From NCBI RefSeq assembly GCF_001194135.2, contig NC_069005.1, forward strand, positions 224,993 to 288,992: DNA of 64,000 nucleotides. Reading direction: 5' to 3'. The notes under the pieces are model-generated. The model saw nothing but the letters and a program-made list of their open reading frames with translations, was not told the origin of the DNA and did not search any database. This document shows, in pieces, positions 61,516-64,000 of the stretch (position 1 is the first letter of the stretch; every line of letters begins with the position of its first letter). The DNA is from Octopus bimaculoides. Taxonomy: Eukaryota. Both the position numbers and the translations under genes were made by a program.

Positions 61516-64000
61516 TGATGTATGTGTACGTGTTTGTATGCACCGTAGTGTGCGTGGATTTATTGTATGCAGGTTTAAAAATACGCATGAGGGTATATAG
61601 ACAGAGAGAGAGAGAGTGAGAGAGAGAGAGTGAGAGAGAGAAAGAGAGTCAGACAATCAGACAGACAGACAGAGAGACAGAGAAATTCCTTGACAAATAA
61701 GAAGTCGATAACTTGATTTTTCAAGACGTGTGTGTATGCCTCTGTGTGCGTACGTGTGTGTGTGTGTGTACATGTGTGTGTTGTGTACATATCTGTTCCC
61801 ATACCTGACTCATTGTTTTAAACATGCATAATTAAGCGGATCTATACATTTGTATGTTGTATGGAAACGTCAATGTTCCTCCGTAGCTCACCCCTTCGAA
61901 CTCACATACACACACACACATTCCATGTGCAAACACTATGCATTAACCGCTATATGACCACACACAATCACGCACACACAAATCGTTTCCTCAGCAAATA
62001 TCGAGGGCCCTGAATGATTTGCAGCATTATCATTAGAATAAAACCAATTAAGTAATAATGGGACCAACCAGACACTTCTTCCTTCAGTATTGCAGTAAAA
62101 AAAAAAACCCTCCCTTCTACTGTTTATGAAGTATGTTAAATCAGGGACGCGTTTTTGTCGCCTTTTCTTTCCTTAAAATAACAGCAAGGCATTCCGAACG
62201 TTAAATATATACACACAAATCCTGCCTCACTTGTTTCAATCAGTGGACGCCAGCCAAGCTGAATCTTTTTTAGTTGATCTTATCAACCCCAGAACTTATT
62301 TTTCTTTAATCAAAGTCTAGTGTTTATCTTATTCTTTATTTGCCAAACGGCTAGGTTACAGAAGATAAACACAATGCATTGTTTCTGAAGCGCTATAAAT
62401 TTCATGACAGTTATAAACAAACACACACACAAACACACACATATGTGTGTGTTTGTGTCTATATGTATGTATGATCTTTCTTTTAGTTTCAAGTTCTTAA
62501 GACAGTTCAAGCCGGTCACTAACAAAGTGACAAGACCTTTTGAGCTAACAGAGCTCCCGGTGTCTGTAAATATTTGGTTGAGTTGGAGTGTTGGTTGAAC
62601 TGTCGATGCATACACCCAAGTGTGTACATCTATTAACTTAAGAATCTCGAATAGAGAATCTTTGGAGTGTCTTACAAATCTTCACTGCGCCACTGATTGA
62701 TCGAATTTGGATTATCCGCGCTTGTTTCTTTAGATCTTTCTTCGAAAAACCTATTATTTCTAGGTTTTCTGCATAGCCTAATGCATCTATGACGATAGAT
62801 GCAAATGAGAATTTATGGTCAGGCTACAAGAGCCGTGAGTTACGCTTTAATTCACCATAAACGTTCTCTTTGTCCTGATCTTTTGATGGTACATTCACAT
62901 CCGCTGGGCTGCTGACCTCTACAACAGTGCATAACTTGTGTTCCCCGTCCCACAGAACAATATCAGATCTGTTATGTTTTCACCTAATTACTGTTTTTAC
63001 TGAAGTGTTCCACCAGTATTCCTTGTTTGTAAAGGCGAGAATACCTGCTGGTTTTGACATGCCTTTGTGTATGTATGTGCGCGTATACCTAATTCAGTTT
63101 TTACCAATTTCAATTTTCGAATCAACCCACATGTCTGTCTTAAAGAGGCCCCCTTTATTAAGCATGAAATACAATTGTCTCAAGATCGTTTGCACCACCA
63201 CGACACACGTGCGCATGCACACACGCGCGCGCGCGCGTGCACCACTGATTAAAGTAGACAGAGACATGTTAGCTGTGTTTAGTTATGGCTAGAACCCTTG
63301 TGTCGATAATGGAATAGGAACCACGAACGTTTCCGCTGGAACTAGGATACAAATTCTTTGTAAATTCCTTAACCTCATCAACTGACATAAATTTTTACAA
63401 TTTCTCAAACAACTTAATGGGTCCTTGAGCAAGTGAAATAAAGTGGTTTTCTTCCCCCCAGCAGCGATATTTAATAACATCAATAACAACAACAGTAGTA
63501 GTAGTAGTAGTAACAACAGCAAATAGTAATAACAAATAATATTAAATACATGAATTAAAATCAAAACTAAAAACCTAAATAAGAACAATAAAATTCACCA
63601 GACATATTTCTTGTGCGCAAAATGACATAAAAACCATTTTAAATTAAGAAAAATAAAAATTACATCAAGACCTAGATTCTTCTTTTTTTTTTTTTAATGC
63701 AAAATTGTAAATTTAGTAACGTGAAGTTTTCAAAAGGAAAATAGAAAAGAAATAGCGTAAAAAATGCAAAAAAATTTTTTTTGTTTTTTTAATATAGAAA
63801 TTGTTTGAAAATTCATAATTATTTTGTCGTGGCATGACGTATTTTATTGTGAAGGTTTGACTCTCATTAGCTTGGCCATTACATTGACGCCGTAAAATCT
63901 CTATTTTTAGCTGCTTTACCACTTCTTTTCTCCAGTTTTAACCAAACAAACAATGTTGTCTTGTTCTGTATGTTTCTCTAATGAATTTATAACACTTGAG

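Overview
Eukaryotic, AT-rich, microsatellite-saturated draft-assembly sequence with about ten long N gaps. The SINE and LINE sequences resemble those of an octopod cephalopod (Octopus-like); this is my recognition, not a database hit. I cannot support any intact protein-coding gene, rRNA, true tRNA gene or CRISPR array. Almost every ORF in the supplied track is a translated microsatellite, an N gap or a transposon remnant. The window is a layered transposon graveyard. It holds four tRNA-headed SINE families (here called A to D; about 20 copies of A and 9 of B) and decayed non-LTR retrotransposon pieces: Tx1/L1-like, RTE x2, R4/Dong-like x2, HERO/NeSL-like and APE-type LINEs. It also holds several Penelope-like (PLE) RT and GIY-YIG remnants, mariner and hAT fragments, and a TTAA-ended MITE. 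The most interesting signals are: (1) a tRNA-headed SINE (40150-40417) whose 3' half carries a Penelope-type minimal hammerhead ribozyme motif; (2) a SINE-A 3' tail shared with the 3' end of a Tx1-like LINE present in the same window, while other SINE-A copies carry a different tail; (3) further PLE-type hammerhead remnants; (4) a self-complementary 14-bp minisatellite; (5) several nested or chimeric insertions. All translations and alignments were done by eye, so element boundaries are approximate.
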